A stretch of 25,384 nt of DNA from Candidatus Colwellbacteria bacterium (GCA_028711965.1 JAQTRD010000001.1:1-25384); one strand, 5' to 3'; numbered from the stretch's first letter, positions 1 through 8,230 are shown. Numbers and translations are program-made. Notes: a model not told the origin generated them from the sequence alone.

Positions 1-2
1 GA

Positions 3-185
3 TCAACGGTATTTATTGACGAGAGGCATCTGTGCTATCTTGATGATGAAGCGACAGCAATGTTTAAAGACTTGTCTCTTGATGAGATCTATTGTCTCGC
101 TGATTTGGAAGAAAAGTATGGAGAAGAACTCAGAAGCTTTTTAACACAATTATACGAGAGGAACATCTGGATAGATGTTGACTAG
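3..185 (+). CDS. 5'-truncated CDS; C-terminal PqqD/RiPP-recognition-element (RRE)-like domain
   Basis: Open frame from the window edge to TAG 183-185: STVFIDERHLCYLDDEATAMFKDLSLDEIYCLADLEEKYGEELRSFLTQLYERNIWIDVD. A strand followed by helices ending in FLxxLxxxxI resembles the PqqD wHTH pattern by eye. It sits 19 nt upstream of a Cys-rich peptide ORF. Confidence 0.55.
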   Translation, partial: STVFIDERHLCYLDDEATAMFKDLSLDEIYCLADLEEKYGEELRSFLTQLYERNIWIDVD

Positions 186-204
186 CGAGAAAGGAGGGAT
201 AACC

Positions 205-303
205 GTGAAACTGGTAAGTATCATCAAAGGAGAGGATGCTAAAAACTGCGCTCCTTGCGATTGTTACGACTGCGTTGCAGGCGACGGCGGGGACTGCCAG
301 TAG
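205..303 (+). CDS. 32-aa Cys/Asp-rich peptide, putative radical-SAM RiPP (ranthipeptide) precursor
   Basis: AAGGAGGG at 191-198, 6-nt spacer, GTG start, TAG 301-303. Translates to MKLVSIIKGEDAKNCAPCDCYDCVAGDGGDCQ with 5 Cys and three CX3D motifs. Too short for the ORF track. Confidence 0.75.
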   Translation: MKLVSIIKGEDAKNCAPCDCYDCVAGDGGDCQ

Positions 304-327
304 AATCCAATTCTAAAAAAGGACACT

Positions 328-1200
328 TTATAAGTGTCCTTTAATCTTCATTGGTTCGAAATATTCACTTATGGCAGATGGATTCTGATTCAATTTCAAT
401 CCATATTTATTCCAAATATCTTTTTTTAGAATAAGATCTTTATCTGCTGCTGATAGAATATTTATTAGAGAGAAAAGAACGTCTCCGAATTTCTCTTTAT
501 TGGCTATCTTATGCTCATGGTAGTAATCGCTTATAAAGCTTGTAAATCCAATCACTTTTCCATCAATAGAGAGATTTAATCCGTTAAGTTCCGGATTTCC
601 GGAATAGTTCTCTATTTTCAATATTTCTTTAAGCGGATTTTCGTTTAAAATCGCAACGGCGAGAGCTTCTTTCAGATAGTGTTCGCTTTCTTTAGAAAGC
701 GTATTTTGTATATCAGTCATTTTTTTAAGGGCATCGTAAAAGACAAAATGAGAGATTTCGTGGGCCGCGAAGAACAGAATATTCTTAGATGACCTACCTG
801 TTTTAATCTCTCCCAGTATAGAGTAAAAAAACGTATCGTTTTCAAACGGAGAAAAGGGGAGAATTGTGGGCACGGCATAAAAGACCTTATCCTGCGGCCA
901 ATCGGCATCCATAAGGGTCCTTAAGGCGCTAAGCACGTCATCGCCGCGAGCATCTAATAATTGCTCATCCTTAGTAATTATAAGTTTTATCTTTTCGCTG
1001 TTGCTTTGATAAAAATCGTTTATAAAATCACCAACAACTGACTCTTCCGATAAATCGGGATTATTTGTAATCTTTGATTGAAGTTCCGGGAAGGAGCTAA
1101 GAATTATATTTCTTTGCTGTTTATGAAAATCGTGATGCAGAAACTTTAGAAAAAGCTTCAACTCGCTTTCGGCGGAATTCATAACCTTGATCTTAGCCAT
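328..1200 (-). CDS. Hypothetical protein with HExxH zincin-like motif (putative Zn metalloprotease fold)
   Basis: 290-aa ORF with AHEISHF and a possible third-ligand Glu 27 residues after the second His (YLKEALA). Start is uncertain (1200 or Met7 at 1182). Confidence 0.6.
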   Translation of the reverse strand: MAKIKVMNSAESELKLFLKFLHHDFHKQQRNIILSSFPELQSKITNNPDLSEESVVGDFINDFYQSNSEKIKLIITKDEQLLDARGDDVLSALRTLMDADWPQDKVFYAVPTILPFSPFENDTFFYSILGEIKTGRSSKNILFFAAHEISHFVFYDALKKMTDIQNTLSKESEHYLKEALAVAILNENPLKEILKIENYSGNPELNGLNLSIDGKVIGFTSFISDYYHEHKIANKEKFGDVLFSLINILSAADKDLILKKDIWNKYGLKLNQNPSAISEYFEPMKIKGHL

Positions 1201-1202
1201 TG

Positions 1203-1273
1203 CTGCCGGACCTGGATTCGAACCAAGATACCATGCTCCAGAGGCATGTGTCCTACCATTAGACGATCCGGCA
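1203..1273 (-). tRNA. tRNA-Gln (anticodon CTG), CCA not encoded
   Basis: Minus strand TGCCGGA...TCCGGCA acceptor stem, D-loop AATGGTAG, anticodon stem CATGC/GCATG with loop CTCTGGA, T-arm CTTGG-TTCGAAT-CCAGG, discriminator G. Confidence 0.97.
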
Positions 1274-1399
1274 ATAAATGCCCCGCCTACCGCAGTTCAG
1301 ACACTCTCTAGAAAAGCCGATAATGGGTAAACGAGGCATCAATATAATATAATGATAGCTAAGGGATTTCAACCAAAAACTCCCTTATATAAAAAGAAA

Positions 1400-2002
1400 A
1401 TGCCTAAAGAATATATTGCGTCTCCGCTTAAAATAACGGCAGACATAGAAGGCCTTAGCCTTAAGTCCATATCGGAACACTATAAGCTCTACGAAGGATA
1501 TGTGAAAAAGGTAAAAGAGATAAGGGAAAAGATTGACGCTGCTGATAAGTCGGCGCCTAACGCGACATATAGCGAATTAGGGGAGCTTAAAAGGCAGGAA
1601 ACCTTTGCCGTAAATGGTGCGAAGCTCCACGAAGTGTTTTTTAAGTCCCTCGGCCCCACTTCGCAAGAGCTTCGCGGGGCAAGCGGAAAGGTTGCCGATA
1701 TGATTATTCGGGATTTTGGTTCGATGGAAAATTGGGTATCCGATATGACGGCGGCAGGACTCTCCTCCCGAGGGTGGGTGATAGCCGCTTACGACCTGAA
1801 CGAAGAAAGAATTAGAAACTACAGCGCGGATGCTCATAATCTGGGAGTCGTCTACGGATGCATTCCTTTAGTCGCTTTGGATGTCTACGAGCACGCTTAC
1901 TTTATGGATCACGGGACAAGCCGCAAAGCCTACATTGAAGCGTTTTTCAAGAATCTTAATTGGAAGGCGGTGGATGAAAACCTTATCTTAAGTGGAAGAT
2001 AA
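1400..2002 (+). CDS. sod: Fe/Mn superoxide dismutase family protein
   Basis: Metal ligands in SEHYKLY, KLHEVFF and DVYEHAY (variant of DxWEHAY). ORF track starts at 1352; Met at 1400 matches family length better. Confidence 0.9.
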   Translation: MPKEYIASPLKITADIEGLSLKSISEHYKLYEGYVKKVKEIREKIDAADKSAPNATYSELGELKRQETFAVNGAKLHEVFFKSLGPTSQELRGASGKVADMIIRDFGSMENWVSDMTAAGLSSRGWVIAAYDLNEERIRNYSADAHNLGVVYGCIPLVALDVYEHAYFMDHGTSRKAYIEAFFKNLNWKAVDENLILSGR

Positions 2003-2779
2003 TTTATCGAGCGCCTTATCAGCCGCGTCTTTTCCAGCCTCAATCGCTTTGCGATTATCAATCATTTTCAAGATTAGCCCTTTATCCGAGTTTTCCAGTC
2101 TCGGTCTTATTGCAATGTCAGCTTGAGACAAGCTGTTTTCCGCAAGGGCGCTTAGAGCGCTGAATCGGCATACGCGAGCCATCTCAATCGGCCTAATTCG
2201 TCTTTTATTCTTAGGATTATACGGAAATATTCCTTTGTATACGCTGACGCCGATAATTTTTTTGGCTCCCAACTGTCGAACAATGTCTACGGGCACGGGG
2301 TCGGTAAGTCCGCCGTCAACGAGAATTCTTTCTTCTTTAAAGACAGGGGAGAAGATAAAGGGAATTGATATACTGGCGCGAATGGCTTCTACTAGATCTC
2401 CTTTATCTAAAGGAATTGTTTCTCCTGAGATAATATCTGAAGTTACTGCGGCGTATTTGATATTTAGATCTTCAATCTGAATATTACCGAGATATCTTCT
2501 TAGAAATCTGATAAAAGCATTTCCTTTCACAAGTCCGGAGCGAGCTAGAGGATCGCTCAAGGCTCTGATAATGTCTCTGTACCGGATGTCTAAGACAATT
2601 TTTTCCGTCTCGTCTATGTCTCCCGTTGCCGCATATAGTCCGCCTATAAGCGCTCCCATACTGCTTCCGGCAATGCAGTAGGGGGCGATATTATGATCTA
2701 TCATAGACCGGATGACTCCGATATATGCGAGTCCTCGCCAGCCGCCGCTTCCCAGGGCCAATCCTATTTTCTCTTTCAT
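1988..2779 (-). CDS. Patatin-like phospholipase (RssA/NTE-like)
   Basis: GSGGWRG oxyanion motif, GSSMG nucleophile elbow, DGG catalytic Asp, and ASISIP motif. Confidence 0.92.
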   Translation of the reverse strand: MKEKIGLALGSGGWRGLAYIGVIRSMIDHNIAPYCIAGSSMGALIGGLYAATGDIDETEKIVLDIRYRDIIRALSDPLARSGLVKGNAFIRFLRRYLGNIQIEDLNIKYAAVTSDIISGETIPLDKGDLVEAIRASISIPFIFSPVFKEERILVDGGLTDPVPVDIVRQLGAKKIIGVSVYKGIFPYNPKNKRRIRPIEMARVCRFSALSALAENSLSQADIAIRPRLENSDKGLILKMIDNRKAIEAGKDAADKALDKLSST

Positions 2780-2807
2780 ACGAGAGAATTATAAGAGATT
2801 GGCGAAA

Positions 2808-2839
2808 CAATAAAAACAGCCGCTTTTTACGGCGGCTGT
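2808..2839 (-). terminator. Intrinsic terminator of 2827..3312
   Basis: ACAGCCGC/GCGGCTGT 8-bp stem (2816-2823/2832-2839) followed by TTTTTATT on the minus strand; overlaps the stop codon. Confidence 0.75.
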
Positions 2840-3312
2840 GATTCTTTTTTTCTCGCCATTTGCCATGGCAAGAAAAGGTAGATGTAGGAAGAAACAGTAA
2901 TGAGCTCTATTGCCGCGGCAATCGGAATAATTTTCCACTCAAAATCCTTGACGAAGAAGAGGGAAAACGTAACCAATCCGAATATCAGCGCCCAAACGGA
3001 TGATTTAGCGCACTCAACCAAATCCTTATGCGGAACATCCAGCTTTAGAGATTTGTTGATTGCATCTTCCTCTTTGGAAAATAGTTCTTTCAGCTGTCTT
3101 TGCGACAGAAACACCATTCTCGTGGATAACGAAGCATAGAAGGTCATATAGACCAAACCCAGATATCCGCCGAGAGTTCCCAATATGACGGCATTTACCA
3201 TTACAAAAACGGATAAGGCGTCATAAGGCGGTGTCGTTGAACTGACTATTATCGCCGATAGGACCGCAAGGAACAGCCAACAGGCAATAGCCCTAACTAT
3301 CAATTTCTTCAA
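2827..3312 (-). CDS. Small multi-pass membrane protein, paralog 1 of tandem array
   Basis: 161 aa with about 4 hydrophobic segments. TTG start with AAGGAGGG 5 nt upstream. Aligns by eye to 3434..3841. Confidence 0.75.
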   Translation of the reverse strand: MKKLIVRAIACWLFLAVLSAIIVSSTTPPYDALSVFVMVNAVILGTLGGYLGLVYMTFYASLSTRMVFLSQRQLKELFSKEEDAINKSLKLDVPHKDLVECAKSSVWALIFGLVTFSLFFVKDFEWKIIPIAAAIELITVSSYIYLFLPWQMARKKESQPP

Positions 3313-3345
3313 AATAACCCTCCTTTATTTTTAAAAGATATTTTC

Positions 3346-3374
3346 AACTTAATACTGCTTCTTATGATTGTCAA
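3346..3374 (-). promoter_or_regulatory. Sigma70-type promoter for 2827..3312
   Basis: TTGACA (3374-3369), 17 nt, TAAGTT (3351-3346). Confidence 0.6.
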
Positions 3375-3416
3375 TCTGCCTCATCGGCAGATTAATCCGC
3401 CGGAGAGGCGGATTAA
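3373..3416. repeat. Two abutting short palindromes with GNNRA pentaloops in opposite orientation
   Basis: AATCTGCC-TCATC-GGCAGATT (3373-3393; loop GATGA on minus) and TTAATCCGCC-GGAGA-GGCGGATTAA (3392-3416). Confidence 0.8.
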
Positions 3417-3421
3417 TAAAG

Positions 3422-3448
3422 AAAAAAGCCGCCTTATGGCAGCTTTTT
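3422..3448 (-). terminator. Intrinsic terminator of 3434..3841
   Basis: Minus strand AAAAAGCTGCC-ATAA-GGCGGCTTTTTT with a G-U pair only on the minus strand; contains the stop codon. Confidence 0.75.
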
Positions 3449-3841
3449 ATTGCGAGTCTTTTTTCGCGCTATCACTCTTGATAATGCCACGTAGGCGATA
3501 TAGGAAGCCAAAGTGATAAAAATGGTTGCTTCTCCGATAGCGATCTCAATCGGGGGATATTCCTGAGCGTCCATACAGACAGCGGCAAAAGACGCGATAA
3601 CCGCCCAGTAGACTAAGCTGATTAAAGCTATCTTTGCTGACGGAGCGGGACCTGTTAAAGAGGCAACGAACACAATGAACAAATATCCCGCAAGAGTGGC
3701 GAATATAATAGCGCCAAGAAGAAGCGAGTTAAACAGACAATCCATAGAGTCGTGCGAGGGTAGAAAGATACTCATTGCGATCATCGCCAAGAGAAGAAGA
3801 ATCAATCCACACATCATCGCTTTGGCAATCAATTCTTTCAT
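3434..3841 (-). CDS. Small multi-pass membrane protein, paralog 2 of tandem array
   Basis: 135 aa, hydrophobic, AGGAGG at 3857-3852. Shares MKxLIxxAxxCxL, TLxGYL...ASL and ITxxSYI...ARKK with paralog 1. Confidence 0.75.
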   Translation of the reverse strand: MKELIAKAMMCGLILLLLAMIAMSIFLPSHDSMDCLFNSLLLGAIIFATLAGYLFIVFVASLTGPAPSAKIALISLVYWAVIASFAAVCMDAQEYPPIEIAIGEATIFITLASYIAYVALSRVIARKKTRNKKLP

Positions 3842-3910
3842 TACTATAGTTCCTCCTATTTTCAGATTTTAATGATACTTTGTGATAACACTGGCTGATA
3901 AATTTGTCAA

Positions 3911-3934
3911 ATAAAAACCGCCATTTTGACGGTT
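3911..3934 (-). terminator. Intrinsic terminator of 3945..4325, abutting the -35 (TTGACA 3910-3905) of the next unit
   Basis: Minus strand AACCGTC-AAAAT-GGCGGTT-TTTATTTGACA. Confidence 0.65.
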
Positions 3935-3944
3935 ATTCAGGCTT

Positions 3945-4325
3945 TCACCTCCCTTTTTTCTTTGTCTTCGGTGGATCATCTCTTTTAAACCAAGCAGCAA
4001 TAAGAAAAGCGGTAAAACCGGCTGCAAGATAGCTTGCCGATTTCATAAACGTTTCGCCGACCAGAAACAGTCCCGACACGGCCGCCACGGTCACGTAAAC
4101 AATGATTGTGAGAATCATCAGCCTGTTTCCCGGATTCGGTTTAGAAAAAAGCTTTTTTGCCAACCGGACGGAGGTCAGAAGGATGGCAAATCCGATAAAA
4201 AGCACGATTGCCGCCGCCTTAAATACGTCAGGAGGCGCGGAATCTTTTATCGAAAGAGCTACAATCGAGTAAACAACTACCGCGATAACAATCAATCTTC
4301 TCATTATACCGGCATCTCCCTTCAT
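3945..4325 (-). CDS. Small multi-pass membrane protein, possible distant member of the array
   Basis: 126 aa (or 119 aa from Met at 4304, MRRLIVIAV) with about 4 hydrophobic segments and a basic C-terminal tail. Upstream TTTACA-17-TATGGT promoter at 4408-4380. Confidence 0.7.
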   Translation of the reverse strand: MKGDAGIMRRLIVIAVVVYSIVALSIKDSAPPDVFKAAAIVLFIGFAILLTSVRLAKKLFSKPNPGNRLMILTIIVYVTVAAVSGLFLVGETFMKSASYLAAGFTAFLIAAWFKRDDPPKTKKKGR

Positions 4326-4411
4326 ATTGATTGCGGATCAAAGCCTGTAAATATATGAAAATATCAAATTTCTGCCCCGACCATAACAGATGAGGGAGCA
4401 GTTGTAAACCC

Positions 4412-5227
4412 TTAAAAAACGAATCTAGTCACAAGCTGGTCGAATATTATAAGCCCTCCGAGAATAAAGACATAAAAAGCGAAAGCGGTAAGAGGTTTTT
4501 CCCTGAAAACTTTAAGCATATATCTGATGGTGAAGTATCCCGATATGGCCGCTGCTATTGCTCCGACAATAATTGGCGCGAGGGGAAGGGGCATCGGATT
4601 TTTAGCGGTACCTATTACGTCAAAAACAGCCGATCCGAGTATTGCCGGAATTGAGAGAAGAAAGGAGAAGCGAAGAGCCGAGTCTCGATCCAATCCGCGA
4701 AAGAGCGATCCGGCTATAGTGGCGCCTGAACGGGAGATGGCGGGGAGAATCGCAACCGATTGGGCGGCGCCGATTACTAGAGCGTCAAGCGCTCCCATTG
4801 ATGAAATATTTTTCGGAGCGCAAATCGCCTCATTCGATTCCATCTTTCCTCGGCAAGCGAATTTTTCAGCAATGAGAATAATAATCCCGGTAATGATGAA
4901 CTCTGCTCCGATGGTGGATCCGGAAGAAAAAAGATTTTCGAATATGTCTTTGAATGCGAACCCGACGACGACAGCCGGAATAGTGCCTATTACTAGAAGA
5001 AGGGGCAGCCTGCTAAATGGCCTCCTTATCATTTCAACGATGTCTTTCCAAAACACCGCAAAGATCGCCATTAATGTTCCCAAGTGAACGAATATATCGA
5101 AAGAGAGGGCACCCGATGCAATCCCGAAAATCTTTTGGAATAGAACTAAATGCCCGGAGCTTGATACGGGAAGAAATTCGGTAAGTCCTTGAATAACTCC
5201 CAGAAATGCGGATTGGATTATAGTCAT
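4412..5227 (-). CDS. uppP: Undecaprenyl-diphosphate phosphatase (BacA)
   Basis: QGLTEFLPVSSSGH, HLGT and PAISRSGATI motifs; polytopic membrane protein. Confidence 0.96.
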   Translation of the reverse strand: MTIIQSAFLGVIQGLTEFLPVSSSGHLVLFQKIFGIASGALSFDIFVHLGTLMAIFAVFWKDIVEMIRRPFSRLPLLLVIGTIPAVVVGFAFKDIFENLFSSGSTIGAEFIITGIIILIAEKFACRGKMESNEAICAPKNISSMGALDALVIGAAQSVAILPAISRSGATIAGSLFRGLDRDSALRFSFLLSIPAILGSAVFDVIGTAKNPMPLPLAPIIVGAIAAAISGYFTIRYMLKVFREKPLTAFAFYVFILGGLIIFDQLVTRFVF

Positions 5228-6072
5228 ATTATCTCGGCGGATGTCGGGTTTCTGCCTTCCTTCTGTATTATCTTTATCTTAAGAAGTCCTTTTTCTAACT
5301 TCGAATCAAGTATTTTTATCCGCATATTACTTTTCATAGTCCAGCACCCCGGCTCCGGATAAAGAGCGCGGATTTTTCGGTCGATGACGGAAGCCAGTTC
5401 TTTACTGTCGGTTTGCGCTTTCTGAATGTCTCTATATTCAATATATCCGTCGGAAGTGGCGAATTTTTTTGTATAAGTCGTTTCCGATTCGTCTTGCGGA
5501 ATAAGGGAAAGACTGTCTATATTCGGGAATATATCTCGGGAAAGCATATCGGCTCCCAGTCGGAACAATTTCTCAAGAAGAGATGGGGTATTGTCTTCCG
5601 GATCAATCTTGGCCTTGCAGCTGTGGAACATCGGGCCATGATCCATCTGCGCATCCAGTTTGAAAATCGTTACGCCTGTTTCCGTCTCGCCATTCAGTAT
5701 CGCGGAAGGAACGGGGGATGGCCCCCGGTATTTCGGCAGAAGCGAAGGATGGATATTTATGGCGCCGTATTTAGGAATGTCAAGAAGCGTCTGCGGAAGT
5801 ATTTTATTATATGAAGCGATTACGTAGATATCGGCTTTAACCTTTTTAAGTTTGTCTAAAAAGTCAGCTGTTATTTTCTCTGGCTGAAAAACAGGAGTGG
5901 CGGGGGATAGCTTGCTTATAAGCTGCTTAACCGCCGGAGCGGTCATTATTCTTTTTCTGCCTGCCGGCGCGTCTGGATTTGTTACGACCGCTGCGGGGAT
6001 ATATCCGCTTTTAATAAGCTCTTCTAGAGCGATTGCGGCGGGCGCCGGAGTACCGAAAAAAACATAGTCCAT
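5224..6072 (-). CDS. fmt: Methionyl-tRNA formyltransferase
   Basis: FFGTP N-terminus, INIHPSLLPKYRGPSP and DHGP motifs; downstream of def. Confidence 0.96.
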   Translation of the reverse strand: MDYVFFGTPAPAAIALEELIKSGYIPAAVVTNPDAPAGRKRIMTAPAVKQLISKLSPATPVFQPEKITADFLDKLKKVKADIYVIASYNKILPQTLLDIPKYGAINIHPSLLPKYRGPSPVPSAILNGETETGVTIFKLDAQMDHGPMFHSCKAKIDPEDNTPSLLEKLFRLGADMLSRDIFPNIDSLSLIPQDESETTYTKKFATSDGYIEYRDIQKAQTDSKELASVIDRKIRALYPEPGCWTMKSNMRIKILDSKLEKGLLKIKIIQKEGRNPTSAEII

Positions 6073-6124
6073 TCTTTTGGCATTATAACTTGAATGGCGA
6101 ATAGAGAATAGACAATTTTTTCGA

Positions 6125-6580
6125 CTACGCTTGGGACTTATGATCTGTTATCAGCTTTCCGTTCAGATGGTCTGTCTCATGCTGGAATACCCGCGAAAGG
6201 GGAGTCCCGGCTTTTATTTTCAGTTTTTTTCCATTCTGGTCTTGTCCTTCAAGAGTAACTCTTATCGGACGGTCAACAGGAACGTATATTTCGGGAAGGC
6301 TTAAACATCCTTCCTCAAGTTCTTCCACCGTTATGGATGTCTTTGTGATCTTCGGGTTGAATATTGCGTAAAACTCATCTTCAATCTCCGCGACAAAAAG
6401 CCTCCAATCAAGGCCGACCTGATTTCCCGAGAGGCCCACGCCTCCGGCGCGCTTCATTTCTTGGCGCATCTCCCGAATAACTCCCACGACTTCTTTCTTA
6501 TCGTGCGCGGAAAAATCGAAATCAGGCATTATCTGTCGGAGTATTTCGTTTTCTTTGTCGTTTATTGTTACTATTTTCAT
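6125..6580 (-). CDS. def: Peptide deformylase
   Basis: All three PDF motifs: GVGLSGNQ, EGCLS and QHETDHLNG. Confidence 0.97.
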   Translation of the reverse strand: MKIVTINDKENEILRQIMPDFDFSAHDKKEVVGVIREMRQEMKRAGGVGLSGNQVGLDWRLFVAEIEDEFYAIFNPKITKTSITVEELEEGCLSLPEIYVPVDRPIRVTLEGQDQNGKKLKIKAGTPLSRVFQHETDHLNGKLITDHKSQA

Positions 6581-6848
6581 TTCCCCTGTATTTATGCCAT
6601 AACGCCATAAAATAGGCGCCTTTGTTTTTTACTTTCTCGTTTTCCGCGACCGCTTTTGCCATCGCAAGCACGATGTCTCCGTCGGTTTTCGCGAGCTTCA
6701 TATAGAGGGATTTGTGTTCCCGGTCGCCGAGTATCTCGGCCGTTTCAAGTCCGATGTCCTGATGCTTGGAGTGGACCCTCTGACTTTTGGCGCGCTTTTT
6801 AAGTTCGTCTAAATATGCCGTAAAATCCTGATTTTTCTTCTCGGACAT
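6522..6848 (-). CDS. Hypothetical protein, 3' end overlaps def start by 59 nt
   Basis: Helical 108-aa protein with IGLETAEILGD...HKSLYMKLAK...KNKGAYFM. Start placed at MSEKK, 7 nt after TATAAT (ORF track 6854). Confidence 0.7.
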   Translation of the reverse strand: MSEKKNQDFTAYLDELKKRAKSQRVHSKHQDIGLETAEILGDREHKSLYMKLAKTDGDIVLAMAKAVAENEKVKNKGAYFMALWHKYRGNENSNNKRQRKRNTPTDNA

Positions 6849-6961
6849 CGCCATTATTATATCATTAACTTTCGAACTAGCGGCGACTGGCTTATTTCAC
6901 CATTATTATTGCTAATAGTCAAGCGGATTATTTTAGCGATACGAATTAAAAGTAGTATATA

Positions 6962-8230
6962 ATGAAATTTCAAATGCCAATGAATATCAAATCTGTATTG
7001 GAAAAATTAAAGAATAATAAGCTTTTTCTGGCTATAGGAGTTCTTATCTGCGTTCTTATTGCTTCCGGAGCCATTTTTTATGGCGGCTATCTTATAGGCC
7101 AGAAAGAAACAAAGGAGATAAAGATAGTTGGTGTGGCGGATATCACTCCCGGGAGCGAAGTAAGCGCCGATTTCAGCATCTTCTGGCAGGCATGGGATAA
7201 GATAAAAAGAGAATATTTGAGAAGCGGCGGCGTCAGTGAGAAAGATATGGTTTATGCCGCCATCAAGGGCCTCGCGGAAAATATCGGAGATCCCTATACC
7301 ACTTTCTTTTCTCCGGAAGACGCGAAAAAATTCAGCGAGGACGTCGACGGTCGCTTTGGCGGCATCGGAGCAGAGCTTGGCCAAAGTGACGGACAGGTAA
7401 TCGTAGTGGCGCCGCTCGAGAACACTCCTGCCGCGAGAGCCGGCATTCAGGCTAAAGATATAATCGTAAAAGCCGGCGACACGGATATGTACGGAAAGTC
7501 GGTTGAGGAAGCTGTAAAAATAATAAGAGGAGAGCCGGGAACGGAAATAAAGCTTGTAATCGTCCGAGAAGGCGCAGATGGCCCCATTGAGATAACCTTG
7601 AAGCGGGAGATAATCGAAGTGCCAAATATAAAATGGAGCATAAAGGAAGGCGATATCCTTTATCTCAAGCTGCAAAGCTTCAGTCAGACCGCGCCGGATT
7701 CTTTTTACAAAGCCGTGTTTGACGCTTCCAAAGAAAATCCAAGAGGGATGATTCTTGATTTAAGGAATGATCCCGGAGGATACCTTGAGACGGCTGTTAA
7801 TATTGCCGGATGGTTTATCGACCGCGGAGAAGTTGCCGTTATAGAGAGGTATTCTTCCGGAGAAGAAACCGTTTATCGGTCATATGGCAATGAAGTCCTT
7901 AAAGATTTTCCCGTTGTGGTTCTTGTGAATGGAGGCACGGCTTCGGCTTCGGAAATTCTTGCCGGCGCAATGAGAGACCATAATGGAACGAAACTTATCG
8001 GATCAAAGACGTTCGGCAAGGGAACGGTTCAGACTCTTGAAGACTTGAAAGACGGATCAATGCTTAAAATTACGGTGGCGAATTGGGTCACTCCGAAAGG
8101 CACCATTCTCGAAGGAGAAGGACTGGATGTGGATGTCGAAGTTAAAAATACGGCGGAAGATATCAAGGCCGGCAAAGACATTGAGCTTGAAAAAGCGATT
8201 GAGACATTGAGAGAAGAAATCAACAGATAA
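6962..8230 (+). CDS. ctpA: C-terminal processing protease, S41A family, with PDZ domain
   Basis: N-terminal TM helix, GIGAE PDZ segment, [16 protein letters not shown] (catalytic Ser) and FGKGTVQ (catalytic Lys). Confidence 0.95.
   Translation: MKFQMPMNIKSVLEKLKNNKLFLAIGVLICVLIASGAIFYGGYLIGQKETKEIKIVGVADITPGSEVSADFSIFWQAWDKIKREYLRSGGVSEKDMVYAAIKGLAENIGDPYTTFFSPEDAKKFSEDVDGRFGGIGAELGQSDGQVIVVAPLENTPAARAGIQAKDIIVKAGDTDMYGKSVEEAVKIIRGEPGTEIKLVIVREGADGPIEITLKREIIEVPNIKWSIKEGDILYLKLQSFSQTAPDSFYKAVFDASKENPRGMILDLRNDPGGYLETAVNIAGWFIDRGEVAVIERYSSGEETVYRSYGNEVLKDFPVVVLVNGGTASASEILAGAMRDHNGTKLIGSKTFGKGTVQTLEDLKDGSMLKITVANWVTPKGTILEGEGLDVDVEVKNTAEDIKAGKDIELEKAIETLREEINR

Noticed and set aside
328-1200. 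Alpha-ketoglutarate-dependent HExxH RiPP-modifying enzyme
   Set aside because: Attractive next to a precursor peptide, but I see no PWRxDxRP-like motif after HExxH and the gene is convergent with, not in, the peptide operon.
6522-6580. 59-nt overlap between the hypothetical gene and def as a recoding signal
   Set aside because: A low-complexity run-on tail from stop-codon drift explains it; no slippery site plus stimulator was seen.
6865-6895. GTTCGAA (T-loop-like) on the minus strand upstream of 6848
   Set aside because: No flanking T-stem or cloverleaf, so not a tRNA or tRNA fragment.
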